Assembly (NCBI GenBank): GCA_041649715.1
Contig: JBAZMP010000002.1
Location: 4,964 to 68,963, forward strand
Source: Patescibacteria group bacterium
GTDB taxonomy: Bacteria > Patescibacteriota > Patescibacteriia > JAXHNJ01
Length of the DNA stretch: 64,000 nt
Direction: 5' to 3'
Of this stretch, positions 39,115 to 49,040 are shown piece by piece. A program made the translations under genes and the position numbers. Each line of letters starts with the position of its first letter. The first letter of the stretch is position 1. The notes beneath the pieces were generated by a model. That model saw only the letters and a list, made by a program, of their open reading frames with translations, ran no database searches and was not told where the DNA came from.

Positions 39115-40572
39115 TTATAAAGGATAAGAGGCGTTGCAATATTTGCCGTCTATGTCACCGCTTGTCTGAGAATTACTCGGTCTCTCGTTATAATAGAATT
39201 CTGCGCCCGAGATATCATTACATTTACTCCGCGGCATCCAGTTGCAGCTGTAGTTAGTCGCGTCTTTTTGTTTGACGCAGGTGCCATAATTGCACGTTTC
39301 TAAATCATCTTTTACGTTAGTTGTCATCTGTATGCTTGTATAGGAGCTGCCAGTCGGGGTATAGCCAGCGGGGCAAACAAGTCTTTGTATCAAACATTCA
39401 TTGTTACTCCGAACACAAAGACGAAAAAGACAACTAGGGATGTCAAGACAGGATGTTCCGGCACTAAATGTTTGCCCGGCTAAAGTGCATTTTGAACGAG
39501 TGGTCATCGTGCACTCTGTTGTGAGAAGAGATACGTCAGGAATGCAACAGCCATAGTCGCAGGCGCCGGTATTCAAACACTTAGAACCTTCAGCGTGATA
39601 AGAAGCATTGGCGCCTTTTGTCCGGCCGGCGCAAGTACTGTCAGTCGAATCATAACAGCTGCATTCAGGGCAGATGGTTCTGTTTGGGACACAACAAGTC
39701 GTGGGAGCAAGGTCGCCCGGTTGGGGCAGGCCTTTCAATAAATCGCCTGACCCGGCCAGGCACATGCCGCCGGCCTCGATGGTCGCCCAGGTGGCATCAT
39801 CAACGATGCCCGTCGGTTTTAAGTCAGAACCGAGTATGCTATTCGCCAACTGAAAGCTTGTTACGCATTCTTTGGTTTGTTCGCCAAAACATCCGTCGAC
39901 ATCACCGCAAGCGCAATCACCGCGGCCATTTAAAGTTTTTTGCAGGCTCTGCACATATCGGTCAGTGGCTGAATTTTTAATGCCGCCGCAGCCGTATTGA
40001 AGGGCGTTCCTGGCGCAGTCTTTGTTCATGGTCTGATGGCAATCGGTGCCTTGCCACCAGAGCTGGCCGAAGATTTGACCCTGTTTTTCCGGGCCGAGCA
40101 GGGCGCCGACGGCAAAATTGATGATCAGCCAGGCGCCCAGGACGATGAGCATGCCGGTGACCGCCCCCTTGATAGTGGCCGTAGATTTTTGGATTTTTTC
40201 CTGGCTGCCGGCGGCCAAAATATAGCCAAAAGCCCCCCAGATAAAGAAAAAGAGGGTGACCAGGGCGACGGCAGTGATGCCGATACTGAAGCCATTGGCC
40301 AGCAACGCGACAAAATCCTCAAACCCGCACGGTCTGTTGATGTAGGTGCCAGAAATTTTGCCATTATCGCTTTCGCTGTAATCGCTGGCTAGGACGCATT
40401 CTTTTGTTGTGGCGTTTTCCTGGCAAGGGATCTTGCCGCCTGTTTGCACCTGGTAGGTGGTTTGGTCGCAATCCGGCAAAAGCTTGGGGAGTGTTAAGGC
40501 CCGGCCCTTGAGGGGGAGTAAAATCGCCAGTATGATAAGCCCAAATAAATGTAATTTAAGGTATTTTCTCAT
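39115..40572 (-). CDS. pilin-domain protein with peptidoglycan-binding domain and Cys-rich tail
   Basis: GAFGYILAAGSQEKIQK pilin motif; VQSLQKTL...DGCFGEQT...FQ...PTGIVDDATW (PG_binding_1-like); many Cys. Confidence 0.8.
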   Translation of the reverse strand: MRKYLKLHLFGLIILAILLPLKGRALTLPKLLPDCDQTTYQVQTGGKIPCQENATTKECVLASDYSESDNGKISGTYINRPCGFEDFVALLANGFSIGITAVALVTLFFFIWGAFGYILAAGSQEKIQKSTATIKGAVTGMLIVLGAWLIINFAVGALLGPEKQGQIFGQLWWQGTDCHQTMNKDCARNALQYGCGGIKNSATDRYVQSLQKTLNGRGDCACGDVDGCFGEQTKECVTSFQLANSILGSDLKPTGIVDDATWATIEAGGMCLAGSGDLLKGLPQPGDLAPTTCCVPNRTICPECSCYDSTDSTCAGRTKGANASYHAEGSKCLNTGACDYGCCIPDVSLLTTECTMTTRSKCTLAGQTFSAGTSCLDIPSCLFRLCVRSNNECLIQRLVCPAGYTPTGSSYTSIQMTTNVKDDLETCNYGTCVKQKDATNYSCNWMPRSKCNDISGAEFYYNERPSNSQTSGDIDGKYCNASYPL

Positions 40573-40581
40573 TTTAATATA

Positions 40582-41979
40582 TTATAGAGTTTTTTCGATT
40601 TTTTGAGCGGCCAAATTGATGGCCTGGCCAAGGTCGGCTTCTTCCAAGGCGACGGAATCGATCATTTCTTTAAAATAGTCCTTGGCAAGGGAGGCGTCGC
40701 GACCCTTATACCAGCTTTGGGCGGTCAGTGCTTGGTTGGCCCAGACCTGAAGATCGGGATTTTTGATCTGTTCCTGGAGGACAGATTTCAGCGGCGAGAT
40801 TTTGCCGGTGGTGGCCACGTAGGTAATGTTTCTTTTTTCCCGGGCGAGGACCTGGATAAAATCCCAGGCTTCATTCGGCGCTTTGGTTTTTTTCGCCACG
40901 GTTTCCACCCAATAACCGCCGTAGTTGATTTGGACAGGATTGCCGGCTGGATTCAGCACTCTGTCCGTGCCGTCGATATTGATGTGGAATATTTCTGTAA
41001 TGCCTAAGTTTAAGCCCGGGGCGCCTGCCTGTATCAGTTCTTTCTCGCTCAAGTAGCCCAGATAGTAAGCGGATTTTCCGCTTATAAAAGCGTCCAAGCT
41101 TTCCGGTTGTTTGCTGTTCCAGGAGTAAGTTTCCTTGTTTAGATCGGTAAAACCGGTATAAAAATCCAGGGCTCGGACACCCAGGTCGCCGGCTTCAACA
41201 CCCTGGCTGAAAGAAACCTTTTTTCCGTCGGCGGTAAGCATTTGTGTGCCGTTCTGCATCATGATAAGGGAAAGAATGTCAAAATAGTTTTTGATGTTCG
41301 AAGAAAGGCCTAAGGCGATGCAGGACTGTAAAATATTATTCTGCTGATCAAGAAGGGTCAGTTTTGAGCATTGAATGACCAGTTCCTGCCAGGTTTTGGC
41401 CGGGGCGGGCAGGTGAGCATTGTTCAGCAGGTCTTCGTTATAATAAAGCCCAAGAGTGTCGACGCTATAGGGCAGGCCGTAAATTTTGGCCAGGCCGCTT
41501 GAATCAGTCAAGACCACGTCTTTTTGGACCACATCGATGTAATTGCTGCTCAACTCAGCCAAATTAATTGAAGCGCTGGTTGCATATTTTACGTTGACTG
41601 ATTGCCCTATAATGTTTTTTTTAGTCTCGTACCAAGCGACTCTTGTTTGGTTGGGCAGCGGCAGAATTATATCCTGGTATTTTTTAAGCCAGGTATTAGG
41701 CAAAGAAAAAATATCGGGACCGGCATCCCTCGCCAGGGCGTTGATCAGATTCTTTTCATAATCCTCAAGCTTGACTTTGACAAAATTAAATTTTACATAA
41801 GGGTGGACCGCCTGATAGGCTTGGACGACAGCGGCGTAGTCTGTCGGGTCGTCTTCGACAATCCAGTAATTGAGAGTGACGGATTTGGGCGTAACTTTAT
41901 TCCCGCGGTATATAAAAGCAAGCGCCAGCGGGGCGACGATGGCGAGAAAGAGGGCGCCGATTATTAAGTATTTTCTCAT
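40582..41979 (-). CDS. extracellular solute-binding protein (sugar-binding family 1-like)
   Basis: GPDIF, IYGLPYSVDTLGLYYNEDL, TWQEL, AWDFI. Confidence 0.85.
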   Translation of the reverse strand: MRKYLIIGALFLAIVAPLALAFIYRGNKVTPKSVTLNYWIVEDDPTDYAAVVQAYQAVHPYVKFNFVKVKLEDYEKNLINALARDAGPDIFSLPNTWLKKYQDIILPLPNQTRVAWYETKKNIIGQSVNVKYATSASINLAELSSNYIDVVQKDVVLTDSSGLAKIYGLPYSVDTLGLYYNEDLLNNAHLPAPAKTWQELVIQCSKLTLLDQQNNILQSCIALGLSSNIKNYFDILSLIMMQNGTQMLTADGKKVSFSQGVEAGDLGVRALDFYTGFTDLNKETYSWNSKQPESLDAFISGKSAYYLGYLSEKELIQAGAPGLNLGITEIFHINIDGTDRVLNPAGNPVQINYGGYWVETVAKKTKAPNEAWDFIQVLAREKRNITYVATTGKISPLKSVLQEQIKNPDLQVWANQALTAQSWYKGRDASLAKDYFKEMIDSVALEEADLGQAINLAAQKIEKTL

Positions 41980-41980
41980 T

Positions 41981-42853
41981 TTACTTTATTTTTAAGTTTT
42001 TTAGATATTCGCGGAAAGGTTTTTTTATTTCCGAGTGTTTCAGGGCGAATTCAACGTTGGCACGCAAATAACCCAGCTTGCTGCCGGTATCGTAGTAAGT
42101 GGCGTTTTTTATCAGGCAAGCCATCACTTTTTCTTGGCGGGCAAGCGCATTTATGGCGTCGACCAGCCAGACTTCTCCGTTTTTTCCAGGTTTTAGCTTT
42201 TCAAGATATTTGTATATCGCGGGGGTAAGGAGGTAGGCGCCATGGGTGGCCAGCGTGGAGGGGGCATTCTTGGGGGAGGGCTTCTCGACAATCTCTTGGA
42301 TCTGGTAGACATTGCCTTTGACCTTTTTGACCTTGGCAATGCCGTATTTAGAAACTTCTTCGGGCCTGACTTTTATAGCCGAAATAACCGAACACTTGTA
42401 TTTATTATAAACCGCCAGCATTTGCTTTAAACGGGGCGGGTTAGCATAGATGAATTCATCGCCCCAAATGACGATAAAAGGATCGTTGCCCACCAGATGT
42501 TTGACGTTTAGAACCGGCGTGCCGTTGCCGTAGGTGCCTTTCTGGCGGACATAGATAAAATTGGCCAGATCAGCGATGCGGCGCATTTCTTTCGCCGCCT
42601 TTTTCTTGCCGGATTCAATGAGCCGTTTTTCCAGCTCAAAGGGATAGTCGAAGTGGTCCTCAATAGATCTTTTTTGCCAGCCGGTGACGATGATGATGTC
42701 TTTGATCCCTGAAACCGCCAGTTCTTCCACCACGTACTGGATTATCGGCTTATCCACGACCGGCAACATTTCTTTCGGCTGGGCTTTAGTGGCCGGCAGA
42801 AAACGGGTGCCCAGGCCCGCGGCGGGAATAACCGCTTTGGTGATTTTTTTCAT
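41981..42853 (-). CDS. galU: UTP-glucose-1-phosphate uridylyltransferase
   Basis: KAVIPAAGLGTRFLPATKAQPKEMLPVVDKP, VEKP, YDTG. Confidence 0.95.
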   Translation of the reverse strand: MKKITKAVIPAAGLGTRFLPATKAQPKEMLPVVDKPIIQYVVEELAVSGIKDIIIVTGWQKRSIEDHFDYPFELEKRLIESGKKKAAKEMRRIADLANFIYVRQKGTYGNGTPVLNVKHLVGNDPFIVIWGDEFIYANPPRLKQMLAVYNKYKCSVISAIKVRPEEVSKYGIAKVKKVKGNVYQIQEIVEKPSPKNAPSTLATHGAYLLTPAIYKYLEKLKPGKNGEVWLVDAINALARQEKVMACLIKNATYYDTGSKLGYLRANVEFALKHSEIKKPFREYLKNLKIK

Positions 42854-42945
42854 GACGAGTATTATTAAAATCCGCCTTTATTATAGCAGATATTGGCGAT
42901 TTTGTAAAATAAATGAGGAAGCTTGGCTTATTCTCTGCGGTTTTT

Positions 42946-43158
42946 TTATTTTTCTAATTTTTCCTTTCTGTTTTTCAGGGCTTCAAGCATTTCCTCCAAA
43001 TCTGGAATCCTGTTCAAATGGATATTGTCATTTTCAATTTTGGCTGTTTCTGGGTCAGCTTGAGTTTGTTCAATCGCATTTTGAACTTCATCCACGGTCT
43101 GCAAGCTTTCAACAATGGATAAGACCGCTGGCGGATAAATTGATTTTTCGTTTTCCAT
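42946..43158 (-). CDS. small acidic hypothetical protein
   Basis: 70-aa ORF, ATG with A-rich context, co-oriented. Confidence 0.5.
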   Translation of the reverse strand: MENEKSIYPPAVLSIVESLQTVDEVQNAIEQTQADPETAKIENDNIHLNRIPDLEEMLEALKNRKEKLEK

Positions 43159-43196
43159 ATTTTTTTATCTCCGCATATTATATAATGACCTCAAAT

Positions 43197-44114
43197 TCAT
43201 TTTCCCGTGATACTGGTATTATCGCCCCTATTTTCAATAATATCAACAATTCTTTGCCCATAGTAAGGAGCTATTTTTCTTGAGAAAGTTATATTAGGGT
43301 GCGAGTCATCCGGCCCGGCCGCGTATTCATTTTTTATGTATAACTGACCTTCTGTTTCCAGGGCGTAGAAATCCCAAATATAAATATTGTCGTTTTTTTC
43401 ATCCCATTCATTTTTGACCCAATCAAAGAATTCTTTGGCTCGCGCCGCGTTTTCTTCGCTTATTTCTCCCGCCACTTGAGCAGCGCCGGTCCAGACGAGA
43501 AATTTATTATTGGGAAATTCACGCATTTTATCCTTTAGGGCCCGGTACTGCAGTTTGTAGTTCTCAAGTGTTTTTTTTGGAGATGAAATGTCTGGGCTCC
43601 CCGTGTTTTCCTCGATATCGCTGACCGGGAAACAGTGTTTAAAAATTATCAGATCATATTGTTCCGTCAATATTTCCAAAGTCGGCTCTTCTTTGAAGTA
43701 ATTGTTGCCGGCATGATTGACCCAGATATTCCAATAATCATAAGGATAATTTTCCCACCCATAGGGTGAGTCTTTGGGAAAATTCTGCTCGCTGATCTGA
43801 TAAGCCGTGTTGTTTTTTTGATTGTAATCCGTAAACCAATCAGCCACGCCGCCGTTCCAGATATTCTCGCCGGTGGAGTGGTGGAAAAAAATAATTTCGA
43901 CCTCTTTATTTATAGCCGCAGTTTTATTAAAATTATCGCTATTCTGACTTTGATTGCTTATGGTCGCATTTTTGGTCTCCGCGGCACTTTGCGTGTTATT
44001 TTGTTTATTATTTCTAAAGATAAGAAATCCCGCCAGGCCCAGTGTAATAGCCGCCACGATAATTACTATTATTAATTTATTAGACATACCGCCTGAATTT
44101 ATTAAATTTTTCAC
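43197..44114 (-). CDS. membrane-anchored SGNH-like hypothetical protein
   Basis: N-terminal TM, FFHHSTG, IIFKHCFP, DDSHPN. Confidence 0.65.
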   Translation of the reverse strand: MKNLINSGGMSNKLIIVIIVAAITLGLAGFLIFRNNKQNNTQSAAETKNATISNQSQNSDNFNKTAAINKEVEIIFFHHSTGENIWNGGVADWFTDYNQKNNTAYQISEQNFPKDSPYGWENYPYDYWNIWVNHAGNNYFKEEPTLEILTEQYDLIIFKHCFPVSDIEENTGSPDISSPKKTLENYKLQYRALKDKMREFPNNKFLVWTGAAQVAGEISEENAARAKEFFDWVKNEWDEKNDNIYIWDFYALETEGQLYIKNEYAAGPDDSHPNITFSRKIAPYYGQRIVDIIENRGDNTSITGK

Positions 44115-44392
44115 TTTTTATTCTTAAGCCAAAAATTTTTGAAAAACGAGAGAGTGAGGTTGGAAAGAACAAAGGCCAAGGCCGGGACAATGGCGTTTAC
44201 AAAAGGGTTCGGCAGCCGGGAAAAATACATAAAAATCACGATAATTAGGTAGGTAAGAATAAAAATTATTATTTTTCTGATCCAACTGGTTTCCCAGGCT
44301 TTGTCTAGTTCCACACGTCTGTTCCGTTCTTTTATTGTTCTTATTTCTTTCTCTATTTGTTCATTTGAAAGCATATTATTTATCCCACTCAT
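44111..44392 (-). CDS. small membrane protein
   Basis: ERNRRVELDKAWETSW + 2 TMs. Confidence 0.7.
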   Translation of the reverse strand: MSGINNMLSNEQIEKEIRTIKERNRRVELDKAWETSWIRKIIIFILTYLIIVIFMYFSRLPNPFVNAIVPALAFVLSNLTLSFFKNFWLKNKK

Positions 44393-44831
44393 ATAGGTGA
44401 GTTTTCTTCCGGAGTTTAAGTTTATTAATTTCGCATTTAAAGCACAAACCGTTGTGGCAGCAGATTAATTCGCCGCATTTCGGACAGGCCCATTTTTTCT
44501 TTTGCCAGGCCAGGAATTTTTTCAGACCGTATTTCTTTATATATTTGTTATTTTCAATCATGCTCATGTGGTATTTTTTCGTATAGCGGTTATCCAGCCT
44601 TTTTAGTACTCGGCAGGGCATTTTTTTGCATTCATAACAGGCGTCAATTTTTTTGTTTTTATAAAAAGAACATTTTTTCATGATATGACCGCAGAACTTT
44701 TTTTTGATCCGGCAGCCGGGGCAATAAGAGATCTTTACCCCCTTTTTCTTAGTATTATTAGCCATAGCTAAGTACCAGGCGCAAAGAGAACAGTTCATGC
44801 CGCAAGGGGAGATGAGAAGAGGGGTTTTCAT
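44376..44831 (-). CDS. DUF3795-like Cys-rich protein
   Basis: PCGMNCSLC, CPGCR, CYEC..PC, WACPKCG..ICCH..CF.C. Confidence 0.8.
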   Translation of the reverse strand: MKTPLLISPCGMNCSLCAWYLAMANNTKKKGVKISYCPGCRIKKKFCGHIMKKCSFYKNKKIDACYECKKMPCRVLKRLDNRYTKKYHMSMIENNKYIKKYGLKKFLAWQKKKWACPKCGELICCHNGLCFKCEINKLKLRKKTHLYEWDK

Positions 44832-44913
44832 ATTTCCATTATACCAAAAAAGCGGCAAAAGAGCTTATTGGCCACGAGTGATTTGTTAAACAATTGATAT
44901 AATGAATTTAATT

Positions 44914-45132
44914 TTATTCTAACTTCCCCACCACCGGGTATTTGGTAATGAAGCTTTGGTCGTGTTGGCCGTGAAATTCCGCCGATAAATCGCGGCCGGC
45001 TTGATGGGAATTGTGGTCGCCGTATTCAAAAATATCGGTTACGTCATACACAACACCATCAACGGCGACGTAAGCCGGCCGGCCGTCCCGGCCGTCATTT
45101 TCGGCCAATTCCCCTGAAGTAAATGTTTTCAT
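44914..45132 (-). CDS. cytochrome b5-like heme/steroid-binding domain protein
   Basis: FT..ELA..DG..GRPAYVAVDGVVYDVT...H.AGRDLS.EF.GQH...YPVVG. Confidence 0.88.
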   Translation of the reverse strand: MKTFTSGELAENDGRDGRPAYVAVDGVVYDVTDIFEYGDHNSHQAGRDLSAEFHGQHDQSFITKYPVVGKLE

Positions 45133-45139
45133 ATTTATA

Positions 45140-45844
45140 CTAATTAATTATTTGTCCAACTACCGGATATTTGGTGATGGAACTTTTATTATGTTGGCCG
45201 TGAAATTCCGCCGATAAATCGCGGCCGGCCAGATGGGAAAAGTGCGTGCCGCTGAAAAAAACCGAGGTGACGTCATAGACCAGGCCGTCCACGGCCACGT
45301 AAGCGGGCCGGCCGCTCTGACCGTTGTATCGGGCAAGTTCGGTCAGGGTGAAAGTCTTTATGACGTTCTGATTGGTATTCTGATTGATTACGACCTGCCC
45401 ACTGGCATTATTATTTTGTCCGGAATCAGTATTTACGATAAGATTGTCTTCGTCATCATTTTCTTCGCCGTTGTCTTCTTGGTTGATGATAACATCGGTA
45501 TTTGTGTTAAGATTTACGCTTTCATCTGCACCCGGTGCTTTTCTGGCATAGAATTTATCCGCCCATATGAAGAAAGAAATAAAAATCAGATAAAATAATA
45601 AAAGAATAGTTTTTCCGGAAGCGTGCCAAAACCGCCAGCGCTTGAAAGCCAGGTGGATGGCAAAACTGGTGTGGCAGACAAAAGCGACCAAAATAATATA
45701 GCTTAGCCAATCCAAATGCATTTTGGTCGCGAAATCGGCGCTGATAATGCCTTTAGTCAGGCCAAAGCCGCTGATGAAATACAAAAGCAGACAGATAAAA
45801 AGCAGCCAGGCGGCATAGCGGTCAATTTTAATTAGATATTTCAT
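45140..45844 (-). CDS. membrane protein with C-terminal cytochrome b5-like domain
   Basis: 3 TMs with His residues, Asn/Asp linker, b5 domain very similar to the next gene. Confidence 0.85.
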   Translation of the reverse strand: MKYLIKIDRYAAWLLFICLLLYFISGFGLTKGIISADFATKMHLDWLSYIILVAFVCHTSFAIHLAFKRWRFWHASGKTILLLFYLIFISFFIWADKFYARKAPGADESVNLNTNTDVIINQEDNGEENDDEDNLIVNTDSGQNNNASGQVVINQNTNQNVIKTFTLTELARYNGQSGRPAYVAVDGLVYDVTSVFFSGTHFSHLAGRDLSAEFHGQHNKSSITKYPVVGQIIN

Positions 45845-45846
45845 AA

Positions 45847-46386
45847 TTATTTACTTTGAAAAATGCCGTAAGTGTTATCGATATTATCTTCAAATAACGG
45901 GAGATGCGGTGGTTTGAAGGTGAAAAAAATAAAAACAAATATCAGAATTAATAGTGAAAAAGCCGGAATGATTCTATTCTTGGGCTGATTTTCCCGCGAC
46001 AATATTTTATAACATACATATTTTCCAATAACAACCGGCACCACAAAAGTCAGTAAGATATCCGCCCATAAGGTATTGAAGCCGACAATGCCAGTGTAGG
46101 TGTAGAAAAAGCCGGTGATTAAGAATATAACCAGCCAGATTTCCGCCGCTTTGGCGCAAAGCAGGTTTTTCCCGGATCGCCGCAAAAAATACCATTCTAC
46201 TAAAGCGAAAAGAAGAATGGGAATTAAGGCCAATTTCAGATGTTCCCACGTGCTTTCATTTACCGGCGTCAAAGCGCCGACGATTTTATTGTTGCCTGAC
46301 CAGCCGTAGACAAAGTGAAAAAGAGAGCCGAAGATAGTGACAAAGAAAGCGCCGATAATTGAGAGTTTTAGAATGGTTTTGCTCAT
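45847..46386 (-). CDS. DUF6512-like membrane protein
   Basis: GSLFHFVY.WSG, PVNESTWEHLKL, FTFKPP..PLFED. Confidence 0.75.
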   Translation of the reverse strand: MSKTILKLSIIGAFFVTIFGSLFHFVYGWSGNNKIVGALTPVNESTWEHLKLALIPILLFALVEWYFLRRSGKNLLCAKAAEIWLVIFLITGFFYTYTGIVGFNTLWADILLTFVVPVVIGKYVCYKILSRENQPKNRIIPAFSLLILIFVFIFFTFKPPHLPLFEDNIDNTYGIFQSK

Positions 46387-46416
46387 ATAGTAGTCTGGAT
46401 TATAACCTATATTATA

Positions 46417-47094
46417 CTATTTTTCCTCATTATATCTAAACGGGTTGAAATTAGTGTGAAGATCGTAATAATCCTCGTTTTCCCTTCTTTTCAAAAAACC
46501 GACAATTTTATAAGTTAAAGGCGTGAAAAATATTTCCACCCCACATTTGAAAATATAATTGGAGAGGAGAACAGCCGCCAGCAAACCTGGCTTTAATACG
46601 CCAGCGAAGGCGATTAAGACAAAGATTAAAGTATCAAAACCTTCGCCGACCAAAGTGGAACCTATTGTTCTGGTCCAGAGATATTTCCCTTTTGTCCATA
46701 TTTTCATTTTGGCCAAAACTAAAGAATTGGAAAACTCGCCGATAAAATAGGCGAGCAGGCTCGCGACCACGATTCGCGGAGTTAAACCCAATATTTTCAT
46801 GTAAGCGTCCTGATTTTCCCAATCCTTGGCCGGCGGCAAGGCACCGACAATCATTAAGATTGCGGACATTAAAAAAGCGGAAAAGAATCCCAGCCAGATG
46901 ACCCGGCGGGATTTTTTATAGCCATATACTTCGGTTAAAATATCACCGAAAATATAAGAAAGAGGAAATATTATCGTTCCGCCGTCAAAGGAAAAAGGCC
47001 CTAGTTTTAATATTTTGGTGGAGGCGATATTGGAAATCAGCAGGACAGCGATAAAGAGGCCCAAGACCAGGTCGAAATATTTATAGGGTCGCAT
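46417..47094 (-). CDS. queuosine precursor transporter (YhhQ/VUT family)
   Basis: SNIASTK, FPLSYIFGDILTEVYG, RIVVASLLAY, WTRTIGST. Confidence 0.9.
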   Translation of the reverse strand: MRPYKYFDLVLGLFIAVLLISNIASTKILKLGPFSFDGGTIIFPLSYIFGDILTEVYGYKKSRRVIWLGFFSAFLMSAILMIVGALPPAKDWENQDAYMKILGLTPRIVVASLLAYFIGEFSNSLVLAKMKIWTKGKYLWTRTIGSTLVGEGFDTLIFVLIAFAGVLKPGLLAAVLLSNYIFKCGVEIFFTPLTYKIVGFLKRRENEDYYDLHTNFNPFRYNEEK

Positions 47095-47112
47095 ATTCGA
47101 AAAATGACAATA

Positions 47113-47739
47113 TTATATACTTTTAGTATCCTGTGAAATAATTAGCATTAATATAAAAAGGAATGACGTATAGTTAAATATCATTTCTGAAAGTTTTTTT
47201 TCATATAATATTCGTACATTTTTTGTATTTCCAAAACCTTTAACATTAACATAATAAATATTATTTTTTACCAAAATATTAAGTATTTCATCTTCTTTAA
47301 TAGAGTTTCGGATTCTCCTTAGTTCTTCAAACCCAGCGGAATATCGAATAATATGTTTTCTAAGATCTCCTTTGATTTCTGGAAATGATTTATCATCTGA
47401 CTTAATTTTTTTCAATAAATCATTATAACTTTTAGGCAATTTCTTATTAAGGGAAAGACCAATAACTTCTAATAAAATATCGTGGATTATTCTTAGATTA
47501 AATATGAAGTATTCAGTCAATGCGGCAACAACTTGATTCTCGGCTTCATTATTTTTTACATTTTTACCACCCAGCTTATATAATATATCTCCGAGGACGC
47601 CAGCCCTAAATAATCTATAATTCAATGTTTTTTTCTTCTTACGATTTGTGTATATTTTAACAACTTGTTGCGAATACTTACTAACAACAAGCAAAATGCT
47701 AATATCATCAGTTTTATCTTTAATGTTTATTGTTATCAT
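47113..47739 (-). CDS. hypothetical protein (very AT-rich)
   Basis: 208-aa open frame; no recognised motif. Confidence 0.55.
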   Translation of the reverse strand: MITINIKDKTDDISILLVVSKYSQQVVKIYTNRKKKKTLNYRLFRAGVLGDILYKLGGKNVKNNEAENQVVAALTEYFIFNLRIIHDILLEVIGLSLNKKLPKSYNDLLKKIKSDDKSFPEIKGDLRKHIIRYSAGFEELRRIRNSIKEDEILNILVKNNIYYVNVKGFGNTKNVRILYEKKLSEMIFNYTSFLFILMLIISQDTKSI

Positions 47740-47818
47740 ATCAAAATCTTTATTAGAGAGAGTATTCAGACTAAAAGCGGTTTAAATCAAAATATTATAG
47801 GGGCGCATAAATTTTCAT

Positions 47819-48235
47819 TTACATCACTTTCAAATAATAAGCTTCTTTCAGCCACTTGGTCAGTTTGGCATCCAATTCTTTTTTGTCCTCAATATCGATT
47901 TCATAAAAATATTTATGGCTTGACGCTTGACTCCATTTATTTATCCGCTTGTCTTTTATTTTTTCTTTTAAGACGATATGTATTCGAATCTTGTCTTTCA
48001 TGATATAACAGCAGCCGAAGGTATAGGAGGAGACGAAATGGATACAGCAGGGCAGGGATTCAATTTTGATCGGCCCGATTTTTTTAATTTTTTTCAAGAC
48101 TTCGAAATATAGGCTTTTAGCCAAATCGTTTCCGCGGGCCAAATGTTTTTTAACCGGGTAGACAACGCAGGAATGGCCCTGATTTTTATGGGCGAATTGA
48201 CGTTTGCATTTTGGGCAGGTCCATTTTTTGGCCAT
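47819..48235 (-). CDS. DUF5655-like protein with N-terminal Zn-knuckle
   Basis: WTCPKCKRQF...NQ.HSC; WLKEAY. Confidence 0.75.
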   Translation of the reverse strand: MAKKWTCPKCKRQFAHKNQGHSCVVYPVKKHLARGNDLAKSLYFEVLKKIKKIGPIKIESLPCCIHFVSSYTFGCCYIMKDKIRIHIVLKEKIKDKRINKWSQASSHKYFYEIDIEDKKELDAKLTKWLKEAYYLKVM

Positions 48236-48265
48236 AAAGTTAGTTTTAATGATTATAGCTTAGAG

Positions 48266-49036
48266 TTATTTTTTCAATTTATAGTAGCTTTTTGGATCAA
48301 GATAATCCGTTAGGAAATTACACATAGTAGTATTTGGCTCGGCGTCTTTGCAGGGGCAGGGGGATTCTTCCCGGATTTTTTTGTCAATGATCATTTCTTC
48401 TAAGTCCGCGCCGGCGGCTTCGTATTCCGTCAGGACTTGGTCCGTAAAATGCGGGAAGATGGAATCAATATTTTCATTGAAATCTTCATTTCTCGCTTTG
48501 AGCGAAATATCAAAATCATTCCCCCGCTGGCTGAATACGGCGTAGCCTAAGAGTTCTCCGGCTTTAATTTGATAGTCAGTCACCATATCTTCCAGATTAT
48601 TAAGGTGGAATATGGTTAGTTGCCAGTTTTTTGCTTGATTCGGGACCAATGTAAAGTGGTTGCCGCGTTCGGAAGACTGTATTTCAGTAATTTTTCCGTC
48701 AAATGGGGCGAAGACTTTTACTTTATCATTGCTTGGACTGTCGATTTCCTGCGGCACGAAATAATGTTTCAGGCTGCTGGAGGCCTCCGGTTCGCCGAAC
48801 AGATTGGTGGCGCCATACCAGTGGCCGGCACAGGAGCGGAAGCGGGAGATGGCTAGAATCTGGGTAAGATCGACCGGATTAGCGGTAATGAATTTTTCGC
48901 TAGCCATTTCCGCCGGGTTCATATTTGGTCTGATTTTTTGTTTTAAGAAAAAGCCGATTATCGGTATGGCCAGAATTACTAATAAAATCAGCCACCAGAA
49001 TTTTTTGAAGAATGATTTTTTGGGTTTTGCGTCCAT
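48266..49036 (-). CDS. membrane-anchored M23/LytM-fold-like protein (array member 7)
   Basis: MDAKPKKSFFKKFWW+TM; SRFRSCAGH, KHYF, VFAPFDGKI, IFHL, IKAGELLG. Confidence 0.75.
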   Translation of the reverse strand: MDAKPKKSFFKKFWWLILLVILAIPIIGFFLKQKIRPNMNPAEMASEKFITANPVDLTQILAISRFRSCAGHWYGATNLFGEPEASSSLKHYFVPQEIDSPSNDKVKVFAPFDGKITEIQSSERGNHFTLVPNQAKNWQLTIFHLNNLEDMVTDYQIKAGELLGYAVFSQRGNDFDISLKARNEDFNENIDSIFPHFTDQVLTEYEAAGADLEEMIIDKKIREESPCPCKDAEPNTTMCNFLTDYLDPKSYYKLKK

Positions 49037-49040
49037 ATGT

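Noticed and set aside
40560-41979. Shared MRKYL start of two adjacent genes
   Set aside because: Only about 12 nt identical; compatible with chance in A-rich signal-peptide starts
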